Assembly: GCA_951406725.2 (NCBI GenBank)
Contig: OX597815.1
Span: forward strand, 47,182,001-47,246,000
DNA length: 64,000 nt
Direction of reading: 5' to 3'
Origin: Octopus vulgaris
Lineage: Eukaryota
Shown here: piece after piece, positions 1-15,295 of the stretch
Numbering within the stretch: position 1 is the first letter of the stretch
How the letters are laid out: every line of letters begins with the position of its first letter
Notes under the pieces: generated by a model
Databases searched by the model: none
What the model saw: only the letters and a program-made list of their open reading frames with translations
What the model was told of the DNA's origin: nothing
Made by a program: the position numbers and the translations under genes

Positions 1-236
1 GGTTTTCACGCTATCTACCTGACAATTTCTTGTTAAGTGTTCCTTATTAAGTAGTTGTCCTTAATTGCTAAATTTTTATTCCGAAAAAACTTTTCCTCTC
101 CCGAAATGCAATTCGTAAAAGTATGCCATTTACAGGATGTAATATATGTAAACTCACCCATGTGCTTCGTTGATGTTGATCAGTTAGCTGATCGACTTAA
201 GCGGGGCAGGGTCGTTTGTTTATGTATGATACATTC

Positions 237-284
237 AGGCCTGCTGATGAGTACGTAAGTATGAAATCACTGTGATACAGGTCT
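237..284 (+). ncRNA. Type I hammerhead ribozyme motif, canonical core
   Basis: Stem I AGGCCUG/CAGGUCU, CUGAUGA, stem II GUAC-GUAA-GUAU, GAAA, stem III UCAC-U-GUGA, UA. Predicted cut after A277 (AUA triplet). Confidence 0.85.
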
Positions 285-715
285 ATATTTTTAAATGTCT
301 TACTTTGAAAAATTGCACTCGGTGGGATTAGTAATATTTTTGGTAGAAATGACTAATTGTCCCTCTTAGCGTGTGGCATGTATGTATAATGCCCGCTGGC
401 ATGTATGTATAATGCCCTCTATATATAAATTAATATGTTCAATAAGAAATAATTATTTTCGAAATTTATTCTCCTATGAGGTTTTCACGCTATCTACCTG
501 ACAATTTCTTGTTAAGTTTTCCTTATTAAGTAGTTGTCCTTAATTGCTAAATTTTTATTCCGAAAAAACTTTTCCTCTCCCGAAATGCAATTCGTAAAAG
601 TATGCCATTTACAGGATGTAATATATGTAAACTCACCCATGTGCTTCGTTGATGTTGATCAGTTAGCTGATCGACTTAAGCGGGGCAGGGTCGTTTGTTT
701 ATGTATGATACATTC

Positions 716-763
716 AGGCCTGCTGATGAGTACGTAAGTATGAAATCACTGTGATACAGGTCT
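716..763 (+). ncRNA. Type I hammerhead ribozyme motif, second tandem copy
   Basis: Identical to 237-284. Confidence 0.85.
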
Positions 764-924
764 ATATTTTTAAATGTCTTACTTTGAAAAATTGCACTCG
801 GTGGGATTAGTAATATTTTTGGTAGAAATGACTAATTGTCCCTCTTAGCGTGTGGCATGTATGTCACATGTATGTCATCATAAATCCGAAAAAGAAGCAC
901 TCTCGAAGTTATAGAGCTGTAGGG

Positions 925-1157
925 TATAGAGATAAAGACAGATATGGCCGGTTTATGGGGTTATCCGGAGTTTCACGTTTTTAAAGCACTTAGGTTTACA
1001 ACGTTTCTACATACCCTAAATCAGTTGGACTATGACCTCCCTGGCTAGGGAGGTCATAGGCCAACGGGTTTATGGTCTGAAAAAATGCTGTAAAGCTTTA
1101 AGAACGTGAAAACCCGGGTAACTCCATAAACCGGCCATATCTATCTTTATATATATC
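925..1157. mobile_element. Fold-back / MITE-like palindromic element
   Basis: ATAAAGACAGATATGGCCGGTTTATGG is mirrored by CCATAAACCGGCCATATCTATCTTTAT. The centre is CTATGACCTCCCTGGCTAGGGAGGTCATAG. Confidence 0.75.
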
Positions 1158-1804
1158 TATATATACATATGGATATAGCAGCTTATACATATTTAGTCTT
1201 AGTTCTGGGTTAACATACTTAATGTAATGAAATAACATTATCTTTTAATCAATTAAAGCTACATCCGTAACGAGAAAAAATTCTTTTACATTACTAGTAA
1301 TTTTTGTCAAGAAGTACAAAGGAGAGAACTTCAACGTTTTAAATTAAATGAAAATATAGACAGTTTTGGTTGATACAATAACAATTCTGAACATGTTTTG
1401 CGATTAATTAACCTTCTCAGCGAAGTATAATTTAACACATAAGCTTATAAGTCTCTGATTTCATGTCCTGATGAGGTCGTATTTGCTTTTCAGTCCTACG
1501 TGGTTGATACATTAAGTATGAATCAAATACTGGGATACGAAGGTGTACGGCCAAATAACGAATTTTATAGTTTGGTCTTACGATTGTAAGGACATAGGTT
1601 TAATTCTTGGATCACGTGGTATTTTGAGTCTCAAAACAACGTACACCATTTTATGCTGCTTCAGCCCACTGAGCTAAATGCGAGTACTAGCAGTAGCAGC
1701 AGCGACATGTCGGCTGGATACAGAGCAGCCCCCATTAGTTTACCTTCTTGCAATATTACGAAATTTGCCGTATGGAGCAGCCGCTTTGATATAGCCACAT
1801 TATA

Positions 1805-2020
1805 TCTTTTTCTACTCTAGGCACAAGGCTCGAAATTTTTGGGGAGGAGGCCAGTCGATTAGATCGACCCCACTACGCAATTGGTACTTAATTTATCGAC
1901 TCCGAAAGGATGAAAGGCAAAATTGACCTCGGCGGAATTTGAACTCAGAACGTAAAGACAAACGAAACAGCGCTAAGCATTTCACCCAGCGTGCTAACGT
2001 GTCTGCCAGATCGTCGCCTT
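1805..2020 (-). mobile_element. tRNA-derived SINE, family A (Nin-domain-like)
   Basis: Reverse complement of the GGCGGCGAGCTGGCAGAA...GAGTTCAAATTCCGCCGAGGTCGACTTTGCCTTTCATCCTTTCGG family seen many times in the window. Confidence 0.85.
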
Positions 2021-2388
2021 ACAGAATCCGCGAAATTCGATGTTCGATATGTAAATTCCAACGAAGCAGAGCTGCTCTGTAAATGTGAAAATTTCTTTCA
2101 AAATCTATGAAATATTTATGGAGCATAATATTTATAACTTGTAGCTGCTCTACCCAGTCGGTGGATTTACATGTATACCATTATTGGCGCATTTGGCTAA
2201 GTGTTGAAATGACTGTCTCGTCCAGATGATGCGCATTTTACAAATACTGTCGGTAAACGGTGTAGAAAAGAGAATATTTCCAGAAACTTTTAAAATTTCA
2301 ACATGCAACTCTTTTTGTTATACAAACTCCAACAATCAAGCTTTGCTTCTTCGTCGAATATCCGCTTCTTTCTTACAGGAAGGATTCA

Positions 2389-2445
<57 letters not shown>
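2389..2445. repeat. (TAA)n microsatellite
   Basis: Direct reading. Confidence 0.95.
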
Positions 2446-2850
2446 TTTGTGGGAGGGAACTAGTTGATTATATAGGCCCCAGTACTCAATTAATACCTAT
2501 TTAATTGATTCCCGAAAGGATGAAAGGCAAAATAAGCGTCGGCGGAATTTGAACTCAGAACGTAAAGCCGGCCGAAATGCCGCTAAGGATTTTGCCCGGC
2601 GTGCTAACGACTCTGTCATCTCGCTGCCTTAATAATCCTCCCTGCTATAAGCACAATGCCTGACATTTGTGGGAGAGGATAGTTGATTACATCGAACCCA
2701 GAACACAGCCGCTACTTATTTTATCGACCCGGAAAGAATAAAAGTTTAACTGGACCTCGGAAGAATTTGAACTCAGAACGTGAAAAAGGACGGAATGGCG
2801 TTAGGCATTTTGCCCGACGTGCTAACAATTCTTCCAGCTTGCTACCTTAA
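2446..2850 (-). mobile_element. Two tandem family A SINE copies
   Basis: Two consecutive copies containing GAATTTGAACTCAGAACGT and GTGCTAAC. Confidence 0.8.
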
Positions 2851-3493
2851 TAATGATATAAATAATGAAATATATGCATGTGCATGGCGGTGGTGTGGTA
2901 GACAGTCAACTCACATCGTGTACGGCTACATCATTGACACCGATAATATTTCTTAAAGACAAAAGGAACAAAGGTCACAACCTTTCGTCAACCAGAGAAT
3001 AGTGACTGTTACCGCATAGGCTACAACAACCATGATCTCTCGCGACAGAGAGAACCTACTGGAATTGTAGTATTTCATCGTCGAAAAGACAAAGTTGACT
3101 TTTGAAACGATCGTTGTCGATTTATAGTTCTAAGAAATTCTCGTGCGAGAAATTGATTTTAATGAATGAAGCGTGCACAGTATTTCCTTCCCTTTACAGT
3201 TAGAATATATTAATTCCCGGTAGGACAACTAGGAACTAAACGAGCTAAATGGTATTACATCAAATTATCATTTTATTAGAGACAGAGTACGGATAATTCA
3301 TTCTCGAATTAGACTCTAAGTTGGTTTATCCGGCTTCTCAAGAATTTCTATACCCCGGATGCACTTGCTTACATTAATGCAGGCAAGCGTACATGCGTAC
3401 ATATGTACATACATACGTAGATATGTACGAACAAACATACTTACGTCCATACATCCATGCATTTATACATGCCTATACAAATATATACATACT

Positions 3494-3496
<3 letters not shown>

Positions 3497-3548
<52 letters not shown>

Positions 3549-3685
3549 ATACATATATATATATAAATTTATATATATAAAAATTTTTGATGAGTAGAAC
3601 GTGGACGACGTATCATATTTCTGAGAGATACGTTACCTAACGGTGACTTTATATTAAGCAAGCAGAATACACGCACGCGCAGAGG

Positions 3686-3727
<42 letters not shown>

Positions 3728-3933
3728 AAAAGAGAGAGAGAGAGTGAGAGAGTGACATGGCACAGAAGGCTTTAATTAAGTATTATCCTAACATAATAAG
3801 ATTACCAATGAAGGCAATCATGCAATGTCAATATATGCATATATATATATATATATATATACATGTCTGTGTGTGTGTATATATATATATATACATACAC
3901 AAACACACACATACACACACACACACACGCACT

Positions 3934-3970
<37 letters not shown>

Positions 3971-3990
3971 CAACACACACACACATATAA
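3497..3990. repeat. Compound (TA)n/(GA)n/(CA)n microsatellite cluster
   Basis: Direct reading. Confidence 0.9.
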
Positions 3991-4111
3991 TGTATTTCCG
4001 TATGTATAGGTTTTATTGTATAATTTTAACCTGTCCCCAAAGCCACAAACTTTAATCAATCAATATATACAACCCGATATATCAATCTCTGTTGATGTCT
4101 TTGTTATTGCT

Positions 4112-4335
<224 letters not shown>

Positions 4336-4605
4336 AATCTTATTGTTATTATTGTTGTTGATATTGTTGTTTTAGATTTGTATTTATTTTACTTATATAT
4401 TTTTACTATTATCTTTTCTGTAATAATCTCTTCTCTTGGTTCCTTGCCATAGACTGGACTGAATAATGGAAATAAAAATTAAAGGCGAAAAATAAATTAT
4501 TAATATATATTGCAAAAGTACGCGTAAGGAATCAATATTCTTCAGTAACACGACTTCGGACATTATGAATTTTAGACAGAGAACTATCAATCCTAAAATT
4601 GAATA

Positions 4606-4663
<58 letters not shown>

Positions 4664-4849
4664 CTCTATCTCTCTCTTTCCCTCTCTCTCTCTCTCTCCC
4701 ACTTTTTCGTCATGCTATGAACGTATTAGCTCATGTATGAATGTATGCCCCTACGTCGTTTGCACGTACGTACATTTGTATGTATGCATGTATGGATGGG
4801 TAGGTGCATCCATATCTATGTAATTGCATTCGAGATGGATGCCTATATA

Positions 4850-6095
<1,246 letters not shown>

Positions 6096-6161
6096 ATTAC
6101 TCTACTTCTGGTATTCGAATACTATTTTATCCACCTTGTTTCTCATTTATGTGCTTATTTT

Positions 6162-6243
<82 letters not shown>

Positions 6244-6504
6244 AAAGTAATTCCATTCCACACGGGTAGAAATATAGGAAAAATAGAATTTGAAAATGTA
6301 CTGAGAATAGTAAAAATATTTTTTATTAATATATTTAAAGCTTTAACCGTTATCACAATTTACAAAGTTCAAATAGAAAGACGTTGTTTATGTCTTGCTT
6401 CTGACTAGTGTTTGAAACTTGCCCTATTTTTATCAGGAGTTCATGGCTCAAATTAGTATATGTTTTGAATAAGATTTGATTGGTAGAGGATAGTCACATG
6501 ACTG

Positions 6505-6775
6505 GTCTTAGAAACTTTTGTACGCTCCCCGCTACGTCCGTGTGTTAGTATCAAGTGACTATATTTGGCGTCGTAAGTTAAGGCTGACACGGTTGCATGA
6601 ACATGTCCAAATAATCAATATTCAGAATGTTTTCTCTCAAGTGTTTGTAAAGAATGAACACATAAGTTTATAACTTTTTGTACGTTTCCCGCTATGTTCG
6701 TGCGTTAGTGTCACGTGACAGTATTTTTGCGTCTAAAATGAAGGCTCACACATTTGAGTGAACATAATCAAGGAA
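6505..6775. repeat. Diverged direct duplication of about 100 bp, period about 160 bp
   Basis: AACTTTTGTACGCTCCCCGCTACG versus AACTTTTTGTACGTTTCCCGCTATG, with continuing similarity. Confidence 0.7.
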
Positions 6776-7449
6776 CTCCAAATTTAATCTGTCTAGTGGG
6801 AGAGTAGACAGGAGTCGTCTGTATGTAGTTCAGTGGCTAAAATTTAGGCTGTTAGCTGCGTAGCTTCCTCATGATAAGTGGCAGAATGAATTTTGTGCGT
6901 GAATAGTTATTTGTGTATGTTCTCTGTTAAAGTTTGTTAAGTCTTGATTTGTACTTTTATATGAAAGAATTTTCCTTGTTTATCTGTGCTTCATCTGTGG
7001 TATTCGCTAAACTTACGTAGAGTGAGAAGATCAGGAATTTGGGGGACTTATTTTTTTGCACATGCGCCTGTGTCCACTCAGTAGAATCTGTTTCGTACTG
7101 GCGTCTCGTATTTGTTGTCGGTGAATGGCCAGTTTCTTTTTTAGAGTAAGCTTTGACTGACCTATGTAATTTTCATTACATCCTTGACATTTGATAGCGA
7201 CTATTAAATTCCTTAAAGAACTTGTAAAGTGATTTTTTTAATGGTAAAAGTCTGTCCGGATTTGAATTTGTATGTTGCGTCTTCAAGATTGATGCAGCTT
7301 CCGCAGTTGGGGCGGCTATACATTTTGACTGTTGGTGTAAGAATTGTGGGAGCTAATTTAGCACTTGTGAGGAATTTTTTCGGTGACTTTCATTGTCTTT
7401 TACTTTTGATTATTTTGTTTACTTCGAATGCTTGTTTCATTCTTGGGTC

Positions 7450-7588
7450 TTGTACTTAATTTATCGACCCCGTACGAATGAAAGGCAAAGTCGACCTCGG
7501 CAGAATTTGAACTCAGAACGTAACGGCAGACGAAATACCGCTAAGCATTTCGCCCGGTGTGCTAACGGTTCTGCCAGCTCGCAGCCTT
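7450..7588 (-). mobile_element. Family A SINE, partial
   Basis: GTACTTAATTTATCGACCCC...GAATTTGAACTCAGAACG...CTGCCAGCTCGC. Confidence 0.85.
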
Positions 7589-7899
7589 ATATAAAGTTCT
7601 CCATAACTTCTATGTGTTCCGAGGTGCTTCTTCCTTGCCACTTCGTCTACATAGTTATAAGTCTTTAATTCAGACTGAATGCTTTATGCATTGGCGTTGG
7701 TGTTTGTCAGATCGATAATAAATCTTATGCAGATGGTAGCATTTAGTGAAAATCTCAGATCCAGAATTCAGAAGGATGGTGGAATCTTAGATTTTTAAAA
7801 AAAACCTGATTCTTTTGGCTATAGAAAGTCTGAGCTTCTTTGACCTATTAAAAATATATTCGAAATTTAACAAACGGACGTACAAAAATCATTTATTTG

Positions 7900-8736
7900 T
7901 ATACCGCAGTTTTGATTAATTCAATTTTTCAATCTTCCAGGGTAAACATTTTATATTTGCTCTCATAAACACCCTTCTGTTGTTGAAAAAATCATTTGTT
8001 TCCTGATGTATTTCTTTGGCAAGTTTTAATTTTCTTCAATGCAGAAGAGGACCGATCTTCAGAGGCAGTTATAGAAGGAATTGTCAAAATCGAATTGTAA
8101 TATTTGAAGTGATCTGTCACAAATCTAATAAGTTCATTGATGTAAATATAATGCATTAAATTACTCACACTTCGCTTTTGAAATTCTTCCATTGAATACG
8201 TATCATTTAATTCACTAAAAGAAATGTAAAAACAAAGAAAAAATTCCATAAGTAGTTTTTAATGAATTTAAAACTACTACTGGAAATATTTTGCAATCCT
8301 TCTTAGAGTATCACTATTGCTCTTATCTTAGAGAAGAATAACTGAATGCGTTGTGGAAATTGTGAACATCTCTGCGTGAGGAGACACAAGAATCCTCCAA
8401 AACTGCTACGCCATTAAGTAAAAAATATATAGTTTGAATCCTGTTAGATTCAATGTAGGATAAATCCTGCGCTGGCGATACCCAGGGAGAGGAACAGATA
8501 CTCAAAGCTCTTCTCCAGACAATTAAATTGTCTTTTCCTTAATGACATATCAGTTATGGAGAATTGTTGATTGAGTTCATCTTCTCTTGCCATTTGCAAT
8601 CAACTGCAATTTTCAAGAAACATTTATTTATTCTTCTCACGAAGTGCAGTGATTTAAAAGAAAAAAACATTAATTTATCTTGTATGATACTTGATATACT
8701 TTTATTTATGTTTCCGTCATACACACACGCACACAC
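7900..8736 (-). pseudogene. Decayed hAT transposase
   Basis: ORF 7992-8249 contains ILTIPSITASEDRSSSALKKIKT..RNT, matching the hAT dimerization motif. Upstream fragments resemble ..FHNAFSYSSLR and SIIQD..LHFVRR..CFL. Confidence 0.75.
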
Positions 8737-8901
8737 ACAGACACAGACACAGACACATACACACTACATACATACACACACTACATAATCGGCTGCAAAT
8801 TTGCAAAAATGACCAAAGCTGTAAGTTTCATACATCGCATTTATTACCACTCCCTACATATACATACATACACACTGTATATACACACACACCCATCCAC
8901 C

Positions 8902-8944
<43 letters not shown>

Positions 8945-9604
8945 ACACACACACACACACATGAACTCTCAGCATATATCCAAATCTAAAGAAGAGAGAA
9001 AATGAAACTCTCTGTTATTTGAAACTACTGAATTTTGGAATTCTTGGATTATAAAAGCATACAGAACTTATTTTATCCTTCACGAAACGGATACAGTTGA
9101 ACTCCATGTTATACTGAAACTAATCCGAAAGAAGAAATCTGCAGTCGACTTTATTGAGACTAAAGCATACAGCGTTAAATGAGGCCAGAAAATATTGTAA
9201 GACATTTTATTCTTTTACAACGCTCTACAGTCTCTGCAACACACCAGATCATTAATCTTTTGCAACTAGCAGAACGTTGCTGTATTTTGGGAGGTCATTT
9301 TACGAATAAAAACTCACGTACTGTTTGTATTTCACTTCTTTTTATTTGTAGTAATCAAGTATAATTCCTCAGGAGCCAGCTTTACGCTTCATCTCTCCAG
9401 GGTTGATAAAATAAGTACTTGTCAAGAACTAAGGTCTATTTTATTGACTAGCCCCTTTCATCAATATTGCTGTATCTTGTGCCAAAATTAGCAAGAAATA
9501 TTATATGTCAGATAGTTAACTAATTAACCAATTAACTAACTTCAATAGCCATTCAATCAACCAACCAACCAATCAATCAATTAATTAATCTATCAATCAA
9601 TCAG

Positions 9605-9636
<32 letters not shown>

Positions 9637-10174
9637 CCAATCAGTGAAGTGGTTTACCAAAGTCCTTTCGTCCAATACCATTCGCGACCTCATCTGTGAC
9701 ATAACCTTATTAGTCTAAGAATGAATTTTACTATATTTCAAAAAACAATACCCATACTACAACATGCGACATTTCAGTTTCATAGATGGTGGGGGTGGGA
9801 GCCGGTAAATCAATATCAGTCATATCCTTGTGATTTAATTCAATCACTCTCATTAGCCCGTCCCCTATCTCCGAATGCGGAAATATAACTAGAGATCAAT
9901 ATGAGCAAAATATTGCTTTCAAATTTAAAGACATTCTATTTCGTGAGCAAATTGTACGTTATATGTTCTAAATGCTATCAAGATGAAAATGGTATTGGTG
10001 ATGATGAGATAACAAGGGGTGGGTAATGGTGATGGCTATAATGATGATGATGATGATGATGATGAGGAGGAGGAGGAGGAGGACTGGGATCTTCATCGTG
10101 TAGTGATGGATGTTTTCGTAAGCGTAATGCACATGAAAACTTAGGGTAGTATAAAATTCGCTGATAATTTAATT

Positions 10175-10175
10175 C

Positions 10176-10229
<54 letters not shown>

Positions 10230-10230
10230 C

Positions 10231-10280
<50 letters not shown>

Positions 10281-10568
10281 AAGTAGTAGTAGTAGCTGGT
10301 GCTATTGTCGTGCTTTCAGTACCAAAAGTAATAGTAATAGTAGATGTTCTTGTTTTTACTGTTTCTGAAGCCCAGATCAATCCACACTGACAAGCAGAAC
10401 TGAGATAAACGCCGTTCCAGTCGTTACCCGCCTATCTTTTCAGACTACATCATACAATAGGCCATTTTTCTAAAATAAAAAAAAAAGCAATAGGTTGAGC
10501 GCTATTTCAGAAATATGTTTGGCTGATATTTCTAGCAGGTTGAGTGACCTTGTAGAGACTCAATCGCC

Positions 10569-10599
<31 letters not shown>

Positions 10600-10645
10600 T
10601 CGTTCGAGAATGTTACTGATATTACGTCAACAATAGTAGCGTTGT

Positions 10646-10739
<94 letters not shown>

Positions 10740-10870
10740 TTAATAGCAGCAGCAACTCATGTTGTATACACGTCCGTGGTGAGAGTAAACCTCTTTAAGA
10801 ATTGACTTCAACAGATCAACAGAACTTACAACGACGACGATGACGACGACGACGATGATGATGATGATGC

Positions 10871-10903
<33 letters not shown>

Positions 10904-10910
10904 CGACGAC
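10175..10910. repeat. (TAG)n, (CGTT)n, (CAG)n and (GAT)n microsatellites
   Basis: Direct reading. Confidence 0.9.
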
Positions 10911-13900
10911 GATGAAAAACGAAAATGAGACGAAGATGATGATTGAATTGTTCTCAGTGATACCGATTATGGCGATGCTGTTCTTGACGATTACGACGAC
11001 GATAGTGATAATGATGCTGATGAAGGTAGTTAACGATGGCAATAAAAATTACAACGATAACAGCTATAGTCAAGAAAGGGCTATGATGTTAATGCTGCTC
11101 TTTCTGCTAATGACGGCCATGATGATGATGATGAAGGCGACGACAAACCATGACCGAGACGATGATAATTAGAATGATATTGATGACTGCAACTGAAAAT
11201 ATCGTAAGGAATAAAGAAAGTATGTAAAAATAAATAGAAAGAAAGAAAAGAGAAAAAGAAAGACAGAAAGGAATAAAAAAAACCCTAACTCTTTATCCAC
11301 ACTGTCTATGCAATTTGGACAACCTGATTGGTTGTATTAGCATCATGAACATGCTAAATGAAGTCACTATGACAACAACTTCAGTCATCTTCGCAAGCTT
11401 CACCCATCACTTCCATCATCGGAGGTATATTTTATCTGTTTGGCTAATTTACATGAATGCCCGGTTGAACATAAGAGAGAAAGGAGCAAAATAACCAATA
11501 AATGAATAAAAAAATGAAAATAAGAAATTAAAAATAAAAAAAAAATAAAAAATCAGCAATAGCTTTCGTTTTTTAAAAATATTACCCAATATCTATTGCA
11601 ATCGGAAGTCTCAAATCTGCCTTTTCCTTCAGTAAATATTTGTCCATATAATTAATGTCTTTTCTTACACACACACACACAGATACACACACGCACACAT
11701 ATATTGATTTGGCTACACACAGACACACATAATGATGGACTTTCCCGTCGAAGACGACGTATGAGTATTTATTTTTTGCTAGATGACCTGCACAACTGAT
11801 TCATTTATAGCGATCAAATATATGTGCTGTACATTACTTCACTCCATCCATCAAATCGATTTTGCCTGTACAAAGGAACAAATGTACCTCACGTCAGATG
11901 TTGAAATGGTCGCAGAGCAACGTTAATGTAGTGTTTTTCTCTAGTACTACACAACCCTAACCCTAGCGATTATGAGTGCAACGCCCAAACCACTAGACCA
12001 CGCGCCTAGTGGTTTGAGTTATATATATAAATGTATGTATGTATATATATATATACACACACATATATACATATACATACATATACACATATATAAACAT
12101 ACATATATATAAATATATACATACATACACACACACATATATATATATGGATCAAAGAGTTTGATCCATACATGTAACTCAATAAATGCGTCGACTCTCC
12201 TTCTTTCGTCTGTCTGCTCTCACATATTTATTACAATGAAAAATGCGGACGTATGGAGGTTAATGATCTTAAGTTATTAAAACTGGAAAAGTACTGGACA
12301 AGTTATTACACCTGGAAAAGTACAGAACAAGCTTATTTATACTTAAAATATTGCAGCTATAGTTGTAATTTTAAAATATATTTAAAAACCAAAAATAATG
12401 AATTTTATTAGTTACTCTATTATTCAAAAATAACTAAAATAATAAATTTAAGATTAAATGTTAGCAAAATTTTTAAACATTTCAATAGCCCCATTAAAAA
12501 TGTTTCGATTACAAGTTTTTAAGGACTACTAACAGTTCTTTAGTATTCAATTGAAGTTCCTTTTTTGCTCCTCTTTTTGGCACACTATAATTTATTGATA
12601 AAGACACCGCAAGGTGATTCAAATTCGATTTCCCCCTTACTCTTCCCATTTGCACTTAACTTATTTTTACGTAACCTTGAATTTTGTTGAGAAATGATTG
12701 AGTGACAAGGCTTTCAAGAGATTGAGAGTGAGTAAATGTCGGCCTTAAGAAGATTATTCAACCATGGTAGTGGCTGATATATATATATATTTTTAAAATT
12801 AGGGAAAATCAATTCCAGTGCCACAGGAATGAGAATTCAAATTTAAAATATTAAATTGAATTACTCTCAATACTTAATTCATATCTATCAAAATAGTGTA
12901 ATAGTATTAGTGATAGAAACCCCCACAACTTCATCAACTGCAAACGGTATTAACTCAACCAAGCCATAAAATATTAAATATTATACTTATTATTTATATT
13001 CATAATCCCAAAATTTTCCATATTACGGACTACACGTGTTTCATGAGAGTACGTATGATATTGTTAAGACAAAGTCTCATTCAAAAACTCATTATGTTTA
13101 CGCACTCCCAATCGTCAGGTCTACTTTCCCCACATTTATAACTATAAATACTCCTTATATATCACTATGTTTGTCAAAATTAATAACGAGTATACAAGTA
13201 TAAATAAGTAAATAAATAAGTTCATGAACCTTATAAATTTAAGTCATAAAAATTTAAGGAGTAAAAACGGATATGAAATACGACTAAAAAATACGAATAA
13301 AAATACGAAAAAATTAAAGTAAAATAAAAAATAAAAATAGAATGTAAAAAGTAAAAATTTATATATATGTGTAAATGTGATTGTGTGTGAGCTTGCGTTT
13401 GTATGTGCGTGTATCTATGTACATACATACATAATACATACATACAAATATACATACATATATATATACATGAATGCTTGTTTGTATGTTATTGCTGTTG
13501 ATGCTTTTGTTGATTCTTTGTACGCTATTCCAGTTGATAGTATTGTAAGTAGTGCTTGAAGAAGAAATGATCATAAATATGATTCTAAAGACGGCGACGA
13601 TGTTGACGATGGTGATAATGATGACAACTGCAAGAAAAATGACTATGAACATGATCAGGATGAGTGTATTGATTCATTTATTGACAATTCAAGCAATATG
13701 TAGTAACTTTGATAAATTATATACAACTTGTGTGACTGGTCCTATTGGTGCTTTCGACATTTTGGAATAAGTTAAAAGAAATATTTTCTCGATAGCGGAA
13801 AAACAATATTACATTTGTATGGGCCAATATGGCTGATTGCCCATACTTCAATCTCCTTTTAATGGAAGCTAATATAGAAATGCTCAAAGTCGCTGAAAAT

Positions 13901-14974
13901 ATGTCAGAAAGGGTTTAAAATATAGAAGAAAAATGATTCAAAAATCTCACACATTGCCAAGTGGGCGAAATTATATTCTGTTGAAGAAGCGGTAAGATTA
14001 TTATAAATAAAAGAATAAATAAAAAAAAAAGAGAAAAGGGAAAAATAGATATAGTTCGATAATCAGAAATATGACAAGAGAATTATAGAAAAAGTAACGA
14101 TAGATGTATTCATCATAAGCAAAACTTCGAATTTTCGTTAAAATTGTTGCTGCAAGAAAATGGTGGACTCCACCTCTTTTCTTAACCAAATTGATAAAAA
14201 AAAATGAAAAAATAAAAAAAGACTAATAAAATACTTAAAATTTATTTTGGGTGATGGAAAAACCATCTTTATCTTGTACCATATACGTAAACCTTATTGT
14301 TCTTGCTGATATGGATTGTTTTTTAGCCACAGGTTAACTGTGTTCCAGTAGATCAAAGACATTCCAGTTATACTCAACCAATTTTTTCTTCCGTTTTCTT
14401 TTCTGACATTGTGTATGTAACACTACAGTATCCAATATATCCTTGTCTAAAACAGCATAATGTGAAATGAAGTAGCTTTGGCTGGTGCTTTTAGCGGATG
14501 AAGCAACGAATTAGAAGTTCCATCATTGGCATCCTAAATTTATCTTGCATAAATACGTTGATGCTAATATATTTAATACACAGAGTATTAAAAGCTATCT
14601 AGATGTACGTATGCACTCAGGAATAAAATAACACACTAGTTAGAATAACATCTAATCGATACAACTTTCCATATATTTGAAGTGCATTCTGACTTAGGCT
14701 ACAAGATAAAATCAAAATTTGAACGAATTAAAATGAAATGGTTCCGAATATAGAAACTAATGACAATAAAAAACATGAATTTAGGAACTTCGTATTTACA
14801 TAGCTATTTAAGATATTGGTTTCTTCTATGAAAAATTTTATCTCTTTCCATTTAGGACGCATTCAGACAAGATTAGAGAAGAATAAGTTGAATTTCTGAT
14901 AGCAATACACGCCGAATGATTGGGTAATTGGTATTGCAGTTGCTTTTAAGAACCTCTTTTTTTTATGGCTCTAC

Positions 14975-15295
14975 TGGCACTCCGTCGGTTGCGACGACGA
15001 ATGTTCCAGTTGATCCGATAAACAGAACAGCCTGCTCGTGAAATTTACGTGCAAGTGGCTGAGTACACCATTGACACGCGTACCCGGAACTTAGTTCTGA
15101 GTGAGAGTCAACGCGAGACAGGATGTGAGAAGGCTGGCCCTGTGAATTACTGGTACTACTCATTTTTGCCAGCTGAGTGGACTGGAGCACCGTGAAATAA
15201 AGTGTCTTGCTCAAGGACACAAGGGGCTGCTGGGAATCGAACTCAAGACCTTATGATAGTGAGCCGTATACCCTAACCACTAAGCTACACGCCAA
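14975..15295 (-). mobile_element. tRNA-derived SINE, family C
   Basis: The minus strand reads TAGCTTAGTGG (A box), GAGTTCGATTCC (B box), TGTGTCCTTGAGCAAGACAC. Relatives lie near 11800-12010, 15600-15800 and 32490-32720. Confidence 0.8.

Larger units (their letters stand above)
1..864 (+). repeat. Near-identical partial tandem duplication, period 479 bp, each copy carrying a hammerhead motif (PLE pLTR / retrozyme-like)
   Basis: 1-385 is repeated at 480-864 with one substitution seen. The identical ORFs 55-258 and 534-737 confirm the 479 offset. The first copy probably starts before the window. Confidence 0.95.

Noticed and set aside
55-737. Duplicated 67-aa ORFs
   Set aside because: They use a non-ATG start, show no recognisable domain and overlap the hammerhead unit, so they are a by-product of the duplication.
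1462-1550. CTGATGAG followed by a GTATTTG/CAAATAC pair
   Set aside because: There is no GAAA, stem III or stem I partner, so it is at most a relic.
3015-3120. GAAACGATCGTT resembling a hammerhead 3' half
   Set aside because: No CUGANGA core could be found upstream.
6300-7450. Possible highly decayed minus-strand LINE
   Set aside because: Only vague motif resemblance, not supportable without a profile search.
11952-11966. AACCCTAACCCTAG, telomere-like
   Set aside because: Only two units, inside a SINE remnant.
13026-13098. Minus-strand GAAA CACGUG UA with upstream AUAAUGA
   Set aside because: The core and stem I are too degraded to call, although it may be another relic.
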